Shown here one piece after another: positions 44,723 through 55,571 of a stretch of 64,000 nucleotides of DNA. Where the stretch lies: assembly GCA_028284075.1 (NCBI GenBank), contig JANQSL010000053.1, positions 4,316 through 68,315 on the forward strand, in the 5' to 3' direction. The notes beneath the pieces are model-generated. The model searched no databases. It was not told the DNA's origin and was given only the letters and a program-made list of their open reading frames with translations. Within the stretch, counting starts at the first letter, position 1, and every line of letters starts with the position of its first letter. A program made the translations under genes and the position numbers. This stretch comes from Candidatus Sumerlaeia bacterium (GTDB lineage Bacteria; Sumerlaeota; Sumerlaeia; SLMS01; JAHLLQ01).

Positions 44723-46279
44723 ATGGGGGCAAACGGCACAGCGCTTCAGAGGCACCGGAAACGCTGGCAGCGTGCCCACATGGTTTTTGGTGAGTCGTTG
44801 CGAAGCAACCTGCCCGTGGCTGAAACCGACAACGTGGCGGAAGACTGCAGCGTTGACGAGCGTCTTGTCCAGTGTATCTGGTTCGACCAGCTACTGGATA
44901 CCGAAGCGCTCGTTACGGCCAGCGGCAAGCGTTTGGAAATTATAGAGCCCGGGCGCTGGAACACCGGGCGCGGTCCTGATTTTCTCGATGCAAAGGTGAA
45001 GTTGGCGGGAGAGACTCTGGCTGGAGACATCGAGATTCACGTTCGGTCCAATGGCTGGACCGCCCATGCTCATCATCAGGATTATGAATACAACCGAGTC
45101 GTTCTGCATGTTTGTCTGAACGCACACGATGACAGGCCTTACGAGGACAAACAAAACGGTGAACGACTTGAGCGTCTTGTGCTCGGCAGCCTGTTGCAGC
45201 CGGATCTGAGTACGATTCGCCGCACGCTCAATGTGGATGATTATCCTTACGGGCGCCCGGCAGACACCGGCCTGTGTCATCGAAACCTGTTGTTGTTGTC
45301 AGAAGAGCGCCTGACACGTTTTCTTGAGACCGCAGGAAGGGCACGAATTGAAGAAAAAGTGCGCCGTTACAAGGCCCAGACGGCCTCGGCGGACGTTTCT
45401 CAGCTGCTCTATCAGTCGGTTATGGTCGGACAGGGTTACAAATCCAACAAGACGCTTTACTTTCTGCTGAGCAAGCGAGCCCCTGTATTTGAAATGCTGG
45501 ACTATGCAGCCGATGTGATGCCGGGGGAACGCCGCGATCTCTATCTTTCAATATTGCTTCACGTGGCGCAGCTTTTTCCATCGCAGGGCGATTTGTTCGA
45601 TGGCGCGGATGACGAGGCGCGTGAATATGCAGACCATTTGATTCGTCTCTGGAAGCCGGTTCGCGGATTCTATGCTGATCGCATCATGCCGCCAACACGA
45701 CGCTGGTTCTCAGGCATGCGCCCGCCCGGATTTCCGGGGCGCCGCCTGTCAGCGGTGTCCGTATTGCTGGATCGACTGAACAACAATGACTCCCCTCTTT
45801 TTGAAAGCCTTTCCACCATGGTGAGAGAAGGCGTTCCAGACGGCGACCAGCCAAAGGTCTGGCGCGACTTTGTGAAGGAATGCACGGCCCTGCTGATAGT
45901 AGAGGACGGTTCCGCTTATTTCACGACGCACTTTACCCTCGGCGGCAAACCCTCAAGGCCACAGGCGCTCCTCGGAGAGCCTGCGGCTCGAAGCCTGTTC
46001 TTCAACGTGTTTTTGCCGCTCATGATCCTAAGCGGCGGCGAGCGGGTCCAAGACAATGCCTGGCGGGTTATTGAGCGTTTCCCCGCACTGCCAGGGAATT
46101 CGGTGACGGAATTCATGCAGCGACGCCTGTTTGCCGAGTGCGGACTTGAAAAAACATTGCTGCGACGAGAACTGATGCAGCAGGCATTGTTCAAGATTTT
46201 TCATGACTGTTGTGCGGGGAATGAGCGAACCTGCGATTCATGTACGTTCCTGAATCCTCCTTTCGCGCCGACAGGGTAG
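44723..46279 (+). CDS. DUF2851-family protein (function unknown)
   Basis: Conserved block CIWFDQLL...LEIIEPGRWNTGRGPDF.DA...GDIEIHVRSNGWTAHAHHQD.EYNRVVLHV typical of DUF2851. An alternative start at 44780 is possible. Confidence 0.6.
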   Translation: MGANGTALQRHRKRWQRAHMVFGESLRSNLPVAETDNVAEDCSVDERLVQCIWFDQLLDTEALVTASGKRLEIIEPGRWNTGRGPDFLDAKVKLAGETLAGDIEIHVRSNGWTAHAHHQDYEYNRVVLHVCLNAHDDRPYEDKQNGERLERLVLGSLLQPDLSTIRRTLNVDDYPYGRPADTGLCHRNLLLLSEERLTRFLETAGRARIEEKVRRYKAQTASADVSQLLYQSVMVGQGYKSNKTLYFLLSKRAPVFEMLDYAADVMPGERRDLYLSILLHVAQLFPSQGDLFDGADDEAREYADHLIRLWKPVRGFYADRIMPPTRRWFSGMRPPGFPGRRLSAVSVLLDRLNNNDSPLFESLSTMVREGVPDGDQPKVWRDFVKECTALLIVEDGSAYFTTHFTLGGKPSRPQALLGEPAARSLFFNVFLPLMILSGGERVQDNAWRVIERFPALPGNSVTEFMQRRLFAECGLEKTLLRRELMQQALFKIFHDCCAGNERTCDSCTFLNPPFAPTG

Positions 46280-46283
46280 TATT

Positions 46284-48113
46284 GTGGCTTTCGGCTCTCG
46301 TGGTGACACACTGGAAGTCTCGGATTTCGTTCCTCCCTGGATGTGGGTTTGTGTGGTTCTGATTGCGATATGTGTCAGAACCGTGGGCCTTGATGGAATC
46401 CCTCTCACAAACGACGAGCAGCACTACGTCGCAACCAGCCTTGCGCCGGAGGAGTTCGCCAATATTTCAGCTATTCGCGACGTATTGACAGCGGGATGGA
46501 TCGAAGGACGTGCAAGACATCCATTACTTTTTCAACTCGCAAACCACTTTCTCATTTTTCCGGTGTTCGGCACCGGTTTCGGAGCCATGCGTCTGTTGAA
46601 TGCGCTGGCCGGGATCTTGACAGTGATATTTACAGGCATGCTGGCACGGACTCTGGGGGCCTCGTCACGTCAATCTCTTGCGGCAGCGGCTGTCCTTGCG
46701 ATTATGCCTTTCCATGTCAGGTTTTCCCGATCGGCTTACCTTGATCCCTTCTTCGTGATGTGGATAGCAGGAGCGTTTTTATCAGCGGCGGTTGCAATTC
46801 GACGCCAATCCGTTCTGTTGGGCATTTTGACAGGTATTCTTGCCGCCGCCATGGCATCCACGAAAATCTCGGCTCCGCTTTTTGTTACGGGAGTTGTGGC
46901 GTTTGCACTGATTCCCGTGCGTGGCGGGCCTCTCCTGTCTCGGAAAGCCGGCGCGTCTCTTGTTGCGGCTTTCCTGGCCTTCCTGGCTTTATTTCTTCTC
47001 CTCAACGATCCGTGGGAATATGCTTCCGCCGTTCTCTCACGTGAATCTTCCGATTCGAAATACGGTCAGCCTGTCAGTGTATGGTTGGATTCGACTCTTC
47101 TTGACGGGGAGTTCTGGGTGAACCTGGGTGGCGTGGCAGGTTTGCTTCTCCCGGCGACAATTTTTCCGGCACTGATTGGAGCCATTCGCTTTGGTCAGTG
47201 GGAGAGGCGGGATGTCGGCTGGATGTTGGCGCTCGGGCTTCCATGTCTCCCTTTGGTCGTTCTCCATGCTCCCGCGTTTTCAGGTGAACACGGGCTGCTT
47301 CCTTTCGCCATTATAGCCTCCATTCTGGCAGGTTTTGGATGCGTGGATTTTTCCGGCAATGTCACAAAATCAGGCCTGCTCTATTTTGCAACAGCCCCCG
47401 TGTTGGCGTTTCTTTGGGGACTTAACTTCGGCCCGTTGCCCTACTCACCTTATTACAACCCGGTGCGGGGATTCGACCCGGGCTACGAGGCAATTCGCCT
47501 TCTCGGCAAGCATGCTTCTCCCGACAGCATAACGGTTGTGGACTATGTCACAGAGGACAGTCTTCGGCACTTTATCCTCGGAGCACCGGGTCCGGTGATT
47601 GGTTTTGATCTGCACCGGAATCCCGATGCCTTTCGGTCAGATTTGATTGGATGGTGTGATCAGGCTCTGGTGGTTGGAGACGCCGGAGCGGTGCATGGAG
47701 CACGGAACCTTGAGCCAACTGCGGCAAGAGTTGTTGGTCCTAACGTTGTTCAGCTTTTCGTAAATGAAGGGGCTCGTGTTCCGATCGGTCCGCCAGACCT
47801 TGACGTTGAGCGAATGCTCGAAGGCGGAACCATTCTAACCGGTCCCAGGTGGTGTTTGTTTCTTTCATCTTTCGAGCAGCCTGTCATCGACGGACAAAAA
47901 ATTCCTGTTACCCTCCGCAAGGAAGAACAGAGGGAGCGCCTTGCCTGGCGCGCGCCGACGCCTCATCTGGAAATCCATTTTTCCGAAAACTTCAACGAGT
48001 CAGGCTTCAGTATGACGCTGGAGCTTGACAAACCTCACCCCTGGTTCGTGTTTGGCCGCAGTGCTTACGTTCGCCTTCGCAATGAGTACGCGCCAGCCAG
48101 GGCGGCCAGATAG
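46284..48113 (+). CDS. GT-C fold membrane glycosyltransferase (GT39/PMT- or ArnT-like, polyprenyl-phosphate-sugar dependent)
   Basis: Polytopic. Acidic DE motif in the first extracytoplasmic loop (GIPLTNDEQHY). About 11 TM helices, then a C-terminal soluble region. Confidence 0.65.
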   Translation: MAFGSRGDTLEVSDFVPPWMWVCVVLIAICVRTVGLDGIPLTNDEQHYVATSLAPEEFANISAIRDVLTAGWIEGRARHPLLFQLANHFLIFPVFGTGFGAMRLLNALAGILTVIFTGMLARTLGASSRQSLAAAAVLAIMPFHVRFSRSAYLDPFFVMWIAGAFLSAAVAIRRQSVLLGILTGILAAAMASTKISAPLFVTGVVAFALIPVRGGPLLSRKAGASLVAAFLAFLALFLLLNDPWEYASAVLSRESSDSKYGQPVSVWLDSTLLDGEFWVNLGGVAGLLLPATIFPALIGAIRFGQWERRDVGWMLALGLPCLPLVVLHAPAFSGEHGLLPFAIIASILAGFGCVDFSGNVTKSGLLYFATAPVLAFLWGLNFGPLPYSPYYNPVRGFDPGYEAIRLLGKHASPDSITVVDYVTEDSLRHFILGAPGPVIGFDLHRNPDAFRSDLIGWCDQALVVGDAGAVHGARNLEPTAARVVGPNVVQLFVNEGARVPIGPPDLDVERMLEGGTILTGPRWCLFLSSFEQPVIDGQKIPVTLRKEEQRERLAWRAPTPHLEIHFSENFNESGFSMTLELDKPHPWFVFGRSAYVRLRNEYAPARAAR

Positions 48114-48121
48114 AGAATATT

Positions 48122-49015
48122 CTAGTTTTCGGCTTTTTCTGAGGCAACCGGCGGAAATTCGTTCCGGATGTCTTCCTGGCCGAGGCGGAGCAGATTGGCG
48201 CGTGCAGTGCCTGCAAGTGTGAACTGCTCTTTCCACTCCCGGGCGTTTTGGAGGAATTGCGCGTTTCGATTCGCATCGGTGGCCAGAGGTTTGATGGGTT
48301 CGTAGCGATTTGCGAGAACCTCGCGATACAATTCTGAAGCTGCTTCCGTTTGCTCGTTGAAGTCAAGAATGCGGGCACGGGCCAGTTTTGCCTCGTCGGC
48401 GAGAAAACCTGCATTAGGATTTTTTTCGACCGCTTCATAGAGGCGGAGTGCGTCGTCAATGCGGTCACGAGAGGCGCGATTCAAAAAGAAGGAATTTTCA
48501 TTCGCGTAAGCAAGTGCCAGATTACCGGCCGCCTCGTCAAAAGAGCTGGGTGTGGACTCGGCGATAAACTGCTCGAAGGTCTCGATGGCTCTCTGTGTGT
48601 TTCGAGCACCTGCCTCGGCGGATTCGGCAATTGGATCGCCTGCGTTAAACCATGCATTCCCTTTCAACATGAGCGCCTGACGCGCCACAGCGGTTCCGTC
48701 GTATTCCGCGATAATCTGATCGGCGATATCGGAGACATTCTGCATGGCGTCGATACGGTCCTGGCTGGCCCACTCGTGTTCCGCCATCGCCTGCGAGTAC
48801 GTTTCCTCCGCCTCGGCGAGCAGGTTGTTTCCCTCCATCAGGACTCTCATTCGATGACCCTGATAGAGAACAACGGCGGAATAGATCGCCAGTGCTCCAA
48901 CAATGGTTCCGAGAACCAGGTTTCGATTCTCCTTGAGCCAGTGGATGACCTTGTCAGTCGTTTCGAGTACCTGATCGTGCTCGAGTTCTTCTTTTGTGAT
49001 AACGATTTTGCCCAT
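48122..49015 (-). CDS. Membrane-anchored TPR-like protein (YfgM-like architecture: N-terminal TM + helical repeats)
   Basis: Single TM (LVLGTIVGALAIYSAVVLY) after a short cytoplasmic N-terminus. The rest is all-alpha with TPR-like pairs. Confidence 0.55.
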   Translation of the reverse strand: MGKIVITKEELEHDQVLETTDKVIHWLKENRNLVLGTIVGALAIYSAVVLYQGHRMRVLMEGNNLLAEAEETYSQAMAEHEWASQDRIDAMQNVSDIADQIIAEYDGTAVARQALMLKGNAWFNAGDPIAESAEAGARNTQRAIETFEQFIAESTPSSFDEAAGNLALAYANENSFFLNRASRDRIDDALRLYEAVEKNPNAGFLADEAKLARARILDFNEQTEAASELYREVLANRYEPIKPLATDANRNAQFLQNAREWKEQFTLAGTARANLLRLGQEDIRNEFPPVASEKAEN

Positions 49016-49118
49016 GAAAAGGCCGCCGATTCATGCCCGGGCGGCTGGCGTTGTTGAATTTGAAGCGGGCCGCAATGCCCGATGGAATGCGGGACAGTGA
49101 GACCGCCCCGATGGCAGA

Positions 49119-50078
49119 TCAAGCCGAAACCCCTCTTCCGGCCGTGGCCAGCCGGGCAGCCTTCCTGAATCGCTCGATCATTCGTCGCTCCGTGAATCGA
49201 CTCCTGACATGGCGTCGACCCGCAAGTCCGACGGTTTTCAGTGGGTGGGATTCCGGTCGGCTGAGGAAGTTGCTCCATTCGCGGCGGTGGACCAGGAAGC
49301 CGGTCTGGCCATCATGGATCAGTTCCGGAATTCCTCCGACCGGGGTGGCGGCGACTGGTACACCACGAGACATGGCCTCGAGAAGGACCCCGGGGAAACC
49401 CTCACTGGCGCTGGGCAGGGCCAGCAAATCAAGAGATCGAAGGAGTGGTCCGGCCGACACATAGCCTGTGCAGACGATCCCTTCGGCTTCGGCCTCTTTT
49501 CTGAGTGCCGGGGAGATTCTGCCCGCGAACACAAGCGTGCCCGCCGGGCGGCAATGCCGCCAGACGTCGAGCAGAAAACGGTGTCCTTTCATGGGGCGTT
49601 CGTTGGCAAGCAGTCCAATGACAGGTGGCTGGAGGCCTGTCAGGAGTGGCTGCTCGCCCGGAGGCGGTTCCGGAACGCCATTGTGGATGACGACACCTCG
49701 GTTTCCGCCAAGCCCTTTACAAAAGTTCGCAACCCAGAACCTCACTCGTCGATCAGCGAGGCGGTAAACCAGTGTTCGGGTTCCCAGGAAATCGATCTCC
49801 CCTCGAATGTTTCCGACAAGCGCGGGGCCTCTGGCCGGCCAGGCGGCACAGGCTATCAAGTGAGATCGTGCGCCATAGCAAAACACCACTTCCGGCCGGA
49901 AAGCACGGATTGCCCTGAGAGCCCCGAGATACCCGCGCAGGCCGTCGGGATAAGCTCCAAGCTTCTCCAGGGATATGTGATGAAACTCCGGAACGTTCCG
50001 GCAGAGACGCTTGACGATGGTTTCGGTGCCACCGCCCTGTTCAAGGACCGTCAGGTGGAGTGTTCGCGGGCCCGTCAT
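49119..50078 (-). CDS. Glycosyltransferase family 4
   Basis: GT4 C-terminal signature EGFPGVLLEAMSRGVPVAATPVGGIPELIHDGQTGFLV. Start moved to the M overlapping the asnB stop (ATGA). The track ORF starts at GTG 50126. Confidence 0.75.
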   Translation of the reverse strand: MTGPRTLHLTVLEQGGGTETIVKRLCRNVPEFHHISLEKLGAYPDGLRGYLGALRAIRAFRPEVVFCYGARSHLIACAAWPARGPALVGNIRGEIDFLGTRTLVYRLADRRVRFWVANFCKGLGGNRGVVIHNGVPEPPPGEQPLLTGLQPPVIGLLANERPMKGHRFLLDVWRHCRPAGTLVFAGRISPALRKEAEAEGIVCTGYVSAGPLLRSLDLLALPSASEGFPGVLLEAMSRGVPVAATPVGGIPELIHDGQTGFLVHRREWSNFLSRPESHPLKTVGLAGRRHVRSRFTERRMIERFRKAARLATAGRGVSA

Positions 50079-51928
50079 CGTGCAACCCATCGATTGTACC
50101 AGAGCTGAAAGACGAGGAGTGCCCACAGCTGGCGTTCGAAATTCCAGCGTCCTGTCATGTGAAGATCGATCAACTTGCGAACCGCGGGTTTGTCAAACAG
50201 GCCGTGGCGTTCAAGCTCGGCGGGCGTTAGCATGTCTTCGACGAGGTTCGCAAGGTCTGTGCGAAACCAGTCACGGAGCGGGACAGCAAACCCACGCTTT
50301 GGTCTCTCAATGAAACGGGCGGGTAACCTTCTTTTCAACCATTCGCGAAGAATATGCTTTCCTTTGCCATCTTTCCACTTCGCTTCTTCCGGAAGGCTGA
50401 GTGCGAATTCCACTAACCGATGGTCGAGAAACGGCAATCGTGCTTCGATCGAATGATGCATCGTGGCCCGATCAACTTTTGTCAGGATGTCGCCGGGAAG
50501 ATAATGCCGAAGATCCGCAAATGCGGCTTTCCCGATATCGGAGCGTTCAGCCGCCGATTGTGACAGTCTTGTGATACGATGCAGAGGTTCCACACAGGAC
50601 GTCTGGAGAAGAGTCGAAGCCTGGTCCCGGTTCCATCCGGCAAAGACGTAGGCATAGGCGTGTTCGTTGTCCGGGAACTGCATGCCCTCGCCGAGTATGG
50701 AAGCCTTGTAGTGGGGGAGAGTCGCTGCGAGCTTTCCAATCGAGCGCCTCAGTTTCGCAGGCACATGGGCCGTTCGGTGGAGAACTTTCACGAGCCAGTC
50801 GTATCGATCATAGCCATAGAAGACCTCGTCCCCGCCGTCCCCCGTTAATGCGACAGTTATATGCTCGCTCGCAAGGCGCGAGAGGAGTAGTTGAGGCAGA
50901 AAAGATGCATCGGCAAAGGGCTCTCCAAGAGACTCTGGCACTTCTTCAACTGCTGAGAGACATTCATGTCCGGTAAAGACAAGATCCACATGATTTGCGC
51001 CAAGAACTTCGCTCGCCCGGTGCGCCCAGACGCCCTCGTCGTACTTGTCTCCCTCGACACGGACTGTCAGCGTTGTCGGAGGTACGGAGGAATCTGTCAG
51101 TGCACAGGCGACAGCGGTTGAATCAAGGCCTCCGCTGAGGAAGACACCGACGGGGACATCGGAAAGTGTGCGATCATGAACGGCGTCCTGAAAAAGCTCA
51201 TCGAACTGTTCCAGGGCTGTTGTGGTATCGATCCGGGACGGACTCTCACGCACGGCTTCGAGATGACCTGAGTACCAGCGTTCGTGCAGGATATGTCCTG
51301 TTGCATAGTCATACTCCACAAGGCAACCGGGTGGAACATGGCGGACATTCCGGAAAATCGAACGAGACGAGGCAATGTAGTTGAAGAGAGTGTATTCTCT
51401 CAAGGCGCTGTTACTCAGGGAGCGATCGAATTCGCTCCATTGCAAAAAAGCTCTGCAATCGGACGCGAAGAGGAATGCCTCGTTTTGCCTGCAGAGATAC
51501 AGCGGTTTGATTCCAAAACGATCACGCACGAGCAATAAGTGTCCGCGTCTGCGATCGTGGACAGCGATTGAAAACATGCCGTTGAGCCGCTGCAGGCATC
51601 GACGGCCTTCCTTCTCGTAGAGTCGAAGAATTGTTTCCGTATCGCATGAGGAACGCCAGCGAACGCCCGGAAGAAGACGACGAAGCTCCATGTGATTATA
51701 GACTTCGCCGTTGTAAGCGATAACGATGCTCGCATCCTCGTTCGCCATCGGCTGATTTCCCCGATCAGAGGGATCAAGAATGCTCAGTCGCCGGTGTCCC
51801 AGCAAAACCGAGCGATCTTTCCAGACGCCTCTGGAATCCGGGCCGCGATGCTTCAGCACATCGACCATGCGGTCGAACTCCACTGGAGCTATCAGCGATG
51901 GGGGCGCACAGCCAACAATGCCACACAT
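50075..51928 (-). CDS. asnB: Asparagine synthase (glutamine-hydrolysing), class II amidotransferase
   Basis: Start at MCGIVG (Cys2 nucleophile). Ntn glutaminase domain followed by the AsnB synthetase domain with SGGLDS PP-loop (LSGGLDSTAVA). Confidence 0.85.
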   Translation of the reverse strand: MCGIVGCAPPSLIAPVEFDRMVDVLKHRGPDSRGVWKDRSVLLGHRRLSILDPSDRGNQPMANEDASIVIAYNGEVYNHMELRRLLPGVRWRSSCDTETILRLYEKEGRRCLQRLNGMFSIAVHDRRRGHLLLVRDRFGIKPLYLCRQNEAFLFASDCRAFLQWSEFDRSLSNSALREYTLFNYIASSRSIFRNVRHVPPGCLVEYDYATGHILHERWYSGHLEAVRESPSRIDTTTALEQFDELFQDAVHDRTLSDVPVGVFLSGGLDSTAVACALTDSSVPPTTLTVRVEGDKYDEGVWAHRASEVLGANHVDLVFTGHECLSAVEEVPESLGEPFADASFLPQLLLSRLASEHITVALTGDGGDEVFYGYDRYDWLVKVLHRTAHVPAKLRRSIGKLAATLPHYKASILGEGMQFPDNEHAYAYVFAGWNRDQASTLLQTSCVEPLHRITRLSQSAAERSDIGKAAFADLRHYLPGDILTKVDRATMHHSIEARLPFLDHRLVEFALSLPEEAKWKDGKGKHILREWLKRRLPARFIERPKRGFAVPLRDWFRTDLANLVEDMLTPAELERHGLFDKPAVRKLIDLHMTGRWNFERQLWALLVFQLWYNRWVAR

Positions 51929-51970
51929 GCACTCACGGAACGGCCACGAGCGGGACAGGGACAACGGCAA

Positions 51971-51998
51971 AGAAAAAGGCCCGGCATGACACCGGGCC
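51971..51998 (-). terminator. Rho-independent terminator downstream of secA
   Basis: Stem GGCCCGG / CCGGGCC with a 7-nt loop. Preceded on the plus strand by AGAAAAA, which gives a U-run on the minus transcript. Confidence 0.55.
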
Positions 51999-52020
51999 TG
52001 TCTCGAAAACCGTGACCGGC

Positions 52021-55000
52021 CTACTCCGGCGGAGGACCATCAACAGCGTGTTGCCGGCTTTCCCGCATTCCCGGCGCTCCGTGACATTCCTTGAATTTTT
52101 TGCCGCTCCCGCAGGGACAGGGATCGTTTCGTCCGACCTTCGGCATGTCTCTGCGGAAGGTTGAGAGGTCTTTCCTGGGTTTCCGAGGTTTGCTGTCAGC
52201 CCGCTGCTGTTGAACCTGTCCGTCAGGGCCGACAAGGCCCTGTTCTCTCGCGGATTCCATTTGCTGCTGGCGCGCCGCAGAGGCCGCGGCAGCCTTTTGC
52301 ATCATCGCTTTGCGGGCCTCCTCCGCGCGACGTTCTTCTTCTGTCACAACCTGTGCCCGGAAGTAGCGATCAAAGATTTCCTTTTGGACTGTCAGGAGCG
52401 TTTCGTTGAACATCGTCGTTGCATCGGCAGTGAACTCGATGAGTGGGTCCTTTTGTCCATAGCCGCGGAGGCCGATGCCTTCGCGCAGGCTGTCGATGGC
52501 CAGAAGATGGTCCTGCCATTCACCATCGAGAGTGCGTAATGAGATGTAGCGGGAGAGTGCGTTGTTCATTTCATTGCCGATTTGACTGCGCTTTTCCTCG
52601 AAGGCATCCACGATGAACTGCATCGTTTGTTCGACGAGAGCATCGAAGTCCTCGAACTTCTGGCCGCGCAACTCAGTGAGGTCCGCCATGAAAAGCACGC
52701 GCGCGATCCAGTCGAAGAATCCGTCCAGATCCCATGTTGTCTGGTTCTTCGGGTCACCGTAAGTCAGGCGGAACTCGCCCTCGATCGCGTCCGCAAAGAC
52801 GTCGAGCATGACATCCGTCAGATCCTCATCGACAAGCAATTCGCGGCGGAGGCGGTAGATGGTAACGCGTTGCTTGTTCATGACGTCATCGTATTCGAGC
52901 GTGCGCTTGCGGCGCTCCTGATTGATGCCCTCGACTTTCTTCTGTGCGTTGCCGATGGCCTTGGTGACCATGGGATATGTGATAGCTTCCCCTTCCTGGA
53001 GACCCAGGCGGGTCATCCAGGTCGAGATTCGCTCACTACCGAACCAGCGCATCAGGTCGTCTTCGAGTGACAGGAAGAAGCGGCTGGAACCGGGATCCCC
53101 CTGACGCCCGGCCCGGCCTCGAAGCTGACGATCGATACGGCGGCTCTCGTGGCGCTCGGTGCCGATGATCTGGAGACCACCGATCCACTCATCGCCGGAC
53201 TCGGGGTCCTTGTGCGGCTCGTTCACGCCGGGGCCGAGCTTGATGTCCGTGCCACGGCCAGCCATGTTTGTCGCGATCGTGATCGCTCCAGACTCTCCCG
53301 CCATGCGCACGATTTCCGCTTCCCGTCCGTGGTTCTTTGCGTTCAGAACCTGGTGTGGAAGCTTCTTGGCTCTCAACATGCGCGATACCGTTTCCGAAAC
53401 GGCAACAGAGGTTGTGCCCACCAGGATCGGCAGTTTCATGGCGTAAAGGCGTTCGATCTCATCGATGACGGCTTTGTATTTCTCACGCTTTGTTTTGTAA
53501 ATAACGTCATCCAGATCGTTCCGCTCGGTCGGAACGTTCGACGGAACAACGACGACGTCCATCTTGTAAGTGTGCTGGAACTCCGCTGCCTCAGTTTCCG
53601 CGGTTCCCGTCATGCCGGAGAGTTTCTTGTACATCCGGAAGTAGTTCTGAATGGTGATCGTGGCGAGCGTCTGTGTTTCCTTCTCAATCTTCAACCCCTC
53701 CTTCGCTTCGACCGCACCGTGGAGGCCGTCGCTCCAGCGGCGCCCCGCCATCTTTCGGCCGGTGTTCTCGTCGACGATGACAACTTTGCCTTCCTCGACA
53801 ACGTAGTCCACGTCCCGTTGCTTCATGACGAAGGCGTGCAGGAGCTGGCTGATCGAGTGAATCTGCTCCGCTTTTTGTTCGTAGGTTTCCCGGATTGCAA
53901 GCTTCTCCTTGTCACGGTCTTCCGGTTTGAGATCAATGCGCTGGTCCACTTGAGCCAGCTCATCCACAAGATCCGGGAGAACAAACTGCGAGGGATCATC
54001 CGGCGAAAGACCGTCCCTTCCCTTGTCTGTCAGGTCGATTGATCGGTTGCGTTCCTCGACTACAAAGAAGAGGTCCGCTTCCATCTCCGGGATTTTCTTT
54101 TCCAGCATCAGCTCGCGTTCTGCCTTGTCTCGCAGCTTCTGCAGTTTAGGCTCCTCGATCAGCTTCATGTAGCGGTTGTGCTTCGGCATGCCTTTATGGC
54201 ATTGAAGAAGTTTGACACCTGCCTCGATATCGTCCGGATCCTTCTCCAGCATGTCAGTCACCTCCTTGACGAGACGGCTGACAAGCATTTGCTGTTTGTT
54301 CACAATATCGCGAATCGCCGGAACCAGTTGTTCGTATTGGGTGTTTGATCGATCAACAGGACCTGCAATAATCAGAGGTGTCCGGGCTTCGTCGATCAGG
54401 ACTGAGTCAACCTCGTCAATGATGGCAAAACTGTGAACGCGTTGCACCAGTCCGGCTTTGTCCAGCGCCATGTTGTCACGCAGGTAATCGAAACCGAATT
54501 CGTTGTTTGTGCCGTAGGTGATGTCCATCTGGTACATCGTCCGGCGTTCCTGTGTGCCGGGCTGAGTCTTGTCCAGGCAACCCACGGAAAGTCCGAGAAA
54601 CATGAAGATTGGAGCATTCCATTCACTGTCTCGGCGAGCCAGGTAGTCGTTTACAGTGACCAGGTGTGACCCTTTTGCCGTGAGACCGTTCATATAAAGC
54701 GGGAAGATTGCCGTCAGAGTCTTGCCCTCACCGGTGGCCATTTCAGCAATGTTTCCACGGTGCAAAGCCAGGCCGCCGGCGAGCTGAACGTCGAAGGGGA
54801 CCATGTTCCATTCCACCTCGATTCCCGCTGCGATCCATTTTTTCCCACAGTGGCGCCGGCATGATTCCTTCACGGCAGCGAAGGCTTCCGGCAGCAGATC
54901 GTCGAGTTCGACGGGTGGGTCTTCGTGTCCCGGAAGGGTGGAGACAAGTTCCTGGACGCTTGTGACTTTCCAGTCAGGCAAATCGCCAAGTTCAATGATT

Positions 55001-55479
55001 CGCATCAGTTTGTGGTGATCAATTTCCTTCCCGTCATCCGTCTTCGGAAAATCATCCACAAAGAAGACATGCTTCGGTTTGTGTTCGTCACTGGCGCGCC
55101 CCATACCGTTTCGGATCTGATCAGCCAGATCCGCCGTTCCCTCAACTCCCTCTCGCAGCTTCACGAAAGCAACCATGTCTCCCGGAAGAAAGTCGCGTCG
55201 TGTCGTGTGGAAAACCGCTTTGTCAACGTCAGGGTGTTTTTCAAGAAATACGGCCGCTTGAGAAAACAGAATAATGTTCTTCCCCTCGCCGGTGCGGCCA
55301 ACTGTTGGCACTGCATGCAGCAGCTTGCGAAATTCATTGGTCTTGTTTTGCAATTCATCATCTGAGATCGATTCGTATTCCTTTGCGATCTCGTTGATTT
55401 CCTGGACGACGGGCATCAACAACTTCATGTCGCGAGCCTGCTTGTCGCCGAAGAGGAGTTTCGTAAGTGATTTGAGCAT
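52021..55479 (-). CDS. secA: Preprotein translocase ATPase SecA
   Basis: Start at [15 protein letters not shown]-like motor motifs and SecA scaffold. C-terminal zinc-binding tail [14 protein letters not shown]. Confidence 0.95.
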   Translation of the reverse strand: MLKSLTKLLFGDKQARDMKLLMPVVQEINEIAKEYESISDDELQNKTNEFRKLLHAVPTVGRTGEGKNIILFSQAAVFLEKHPDVDKAVFHTTRRDFLPGDMVAFVKLREGVEGTADLADQIRNGMGRASDEHKPKHVFFVDDFPKTDDGKEIDHHKLMRIIELGDLPDWKVTSVQELVSTLPGHEDPPVELDDLLPEAFAAVKESCRRHCGKKWIAAGIEVEWNMVPFDVQLAGGLALHRGNIAEMATGEGKTLTAIFPLYMNGLTAKGSHLVTVNDYLARRDSEWNAPIFMFLGLSVGCLDKTQPGTQERRTMYQMDITYGTNNEFGFDYLRDNMALDKAGLVQRVHSFAIIDEVDSVLIDEARTPLIIAGPVDRSNTQYEQLVPAIRDIVNKQQMLVSRLVKEVTDMLEKDPDDIEAGVKLLQCHKGMPKHNRYMKLIEEPKLQKLRDKAERELMLEKKIPEMEADLFFVVEERNRSIDLTDKGRDGLSPDDPSQFVLPDLVDELAQVDQRIDLKPEDRDKEKLAIRETYEQKAEQIHSISQLLHAFVMKQRDVDYVVEEGKVVIVDENTGRKMAGRRWSDGLHGAVEAKEGLKIEKETQTLATITIQNYFRMYKKLSGMTGTAETEAAEFQHTYKMDVVVVPSNVPTERNDLDDVIYKTKREKYKAVIDEIERLYAMKLPILVGTTSVAVSETVSRMLRAKKLPHQVLNAKNHGREAEIVRMAGESGAITIATNMAGRGTDIKLGPGVNEPHKDPESGDEWIGGLQIIGTERHESRRIDRQLRGRAGRQGDPGSSRFFLSLEDDLMRWFGSERISTWMTRLGLQEGEAITYPMVTKAIGNAQKKVEGINQERRKRTLEYDDVMNKQRVTIYRLRRELLVDEDLTDVMLDVFADAIEGEFRLTYGDPKNQTTWDLDGFFDWIARVLFMADLTELRGQKFEDFDALVEQTMQFIVDAFEEKRSQIGNEMNNALSRYISLRTLDGEWQDHLLAIDSLREGIGLRGYGQKDPLIEFTADATTMFNETLLTVQKEIFDRYFRAQVVTEEERRAEEARKAMMQKAAAASAARQQQMESAREQGLVGPDGQVQQQRADSKPRKPRKDLSTFRRDMPKVGRNDPCPCGSGKKFKECHGAPGMRESRQHAVDGPPPE

Positions 55480-55571
55480 GGACGCCCACTCCCTGTTGGA
55501 TCTGGATGGCATTCCCGCCCGGGAATGCGATTTTACAGCTCAGTTGAAGTTTGTCTTTCGCACAATGAATT

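Noticed and set aside
42009-46279. Type II secretion / type IV pilus gene cluster
   Set aside because: Only the ATPase domain is present, and it is fused to unrelated modules. No GspF/PilC, pseudopilin, secretin or prepilin peptidase genes are in the window. I report it as an orphan fusion rather than a T2SS or T4P locus.
48111-48124. 10-bp perfect palindrome AGAATATTCT spanning the two convergent stop codons (GT-C gene and TPR gene)
   Set aside because: It is too short and loopless to be a convincing terminator hairpin. It is probably a coincidence of two abutting stop codons, so it is noted only.
50041-50100. Apparent 1-nt register disagreement between my reading of this printed line and the ORF-track translations (asnB/GT4 junction)
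   Set aside because: Most likely a transcription or reading artefact on my side rather than a real frameshift. Track-derived coordinates were used for these genes, and hand-indexed coordinates elsewhere may be off by 1 nt.
53149-54042. 297-aa plus-strand ORF (and 52582..53070)
   Set aside because: Both lie antisense to secA.
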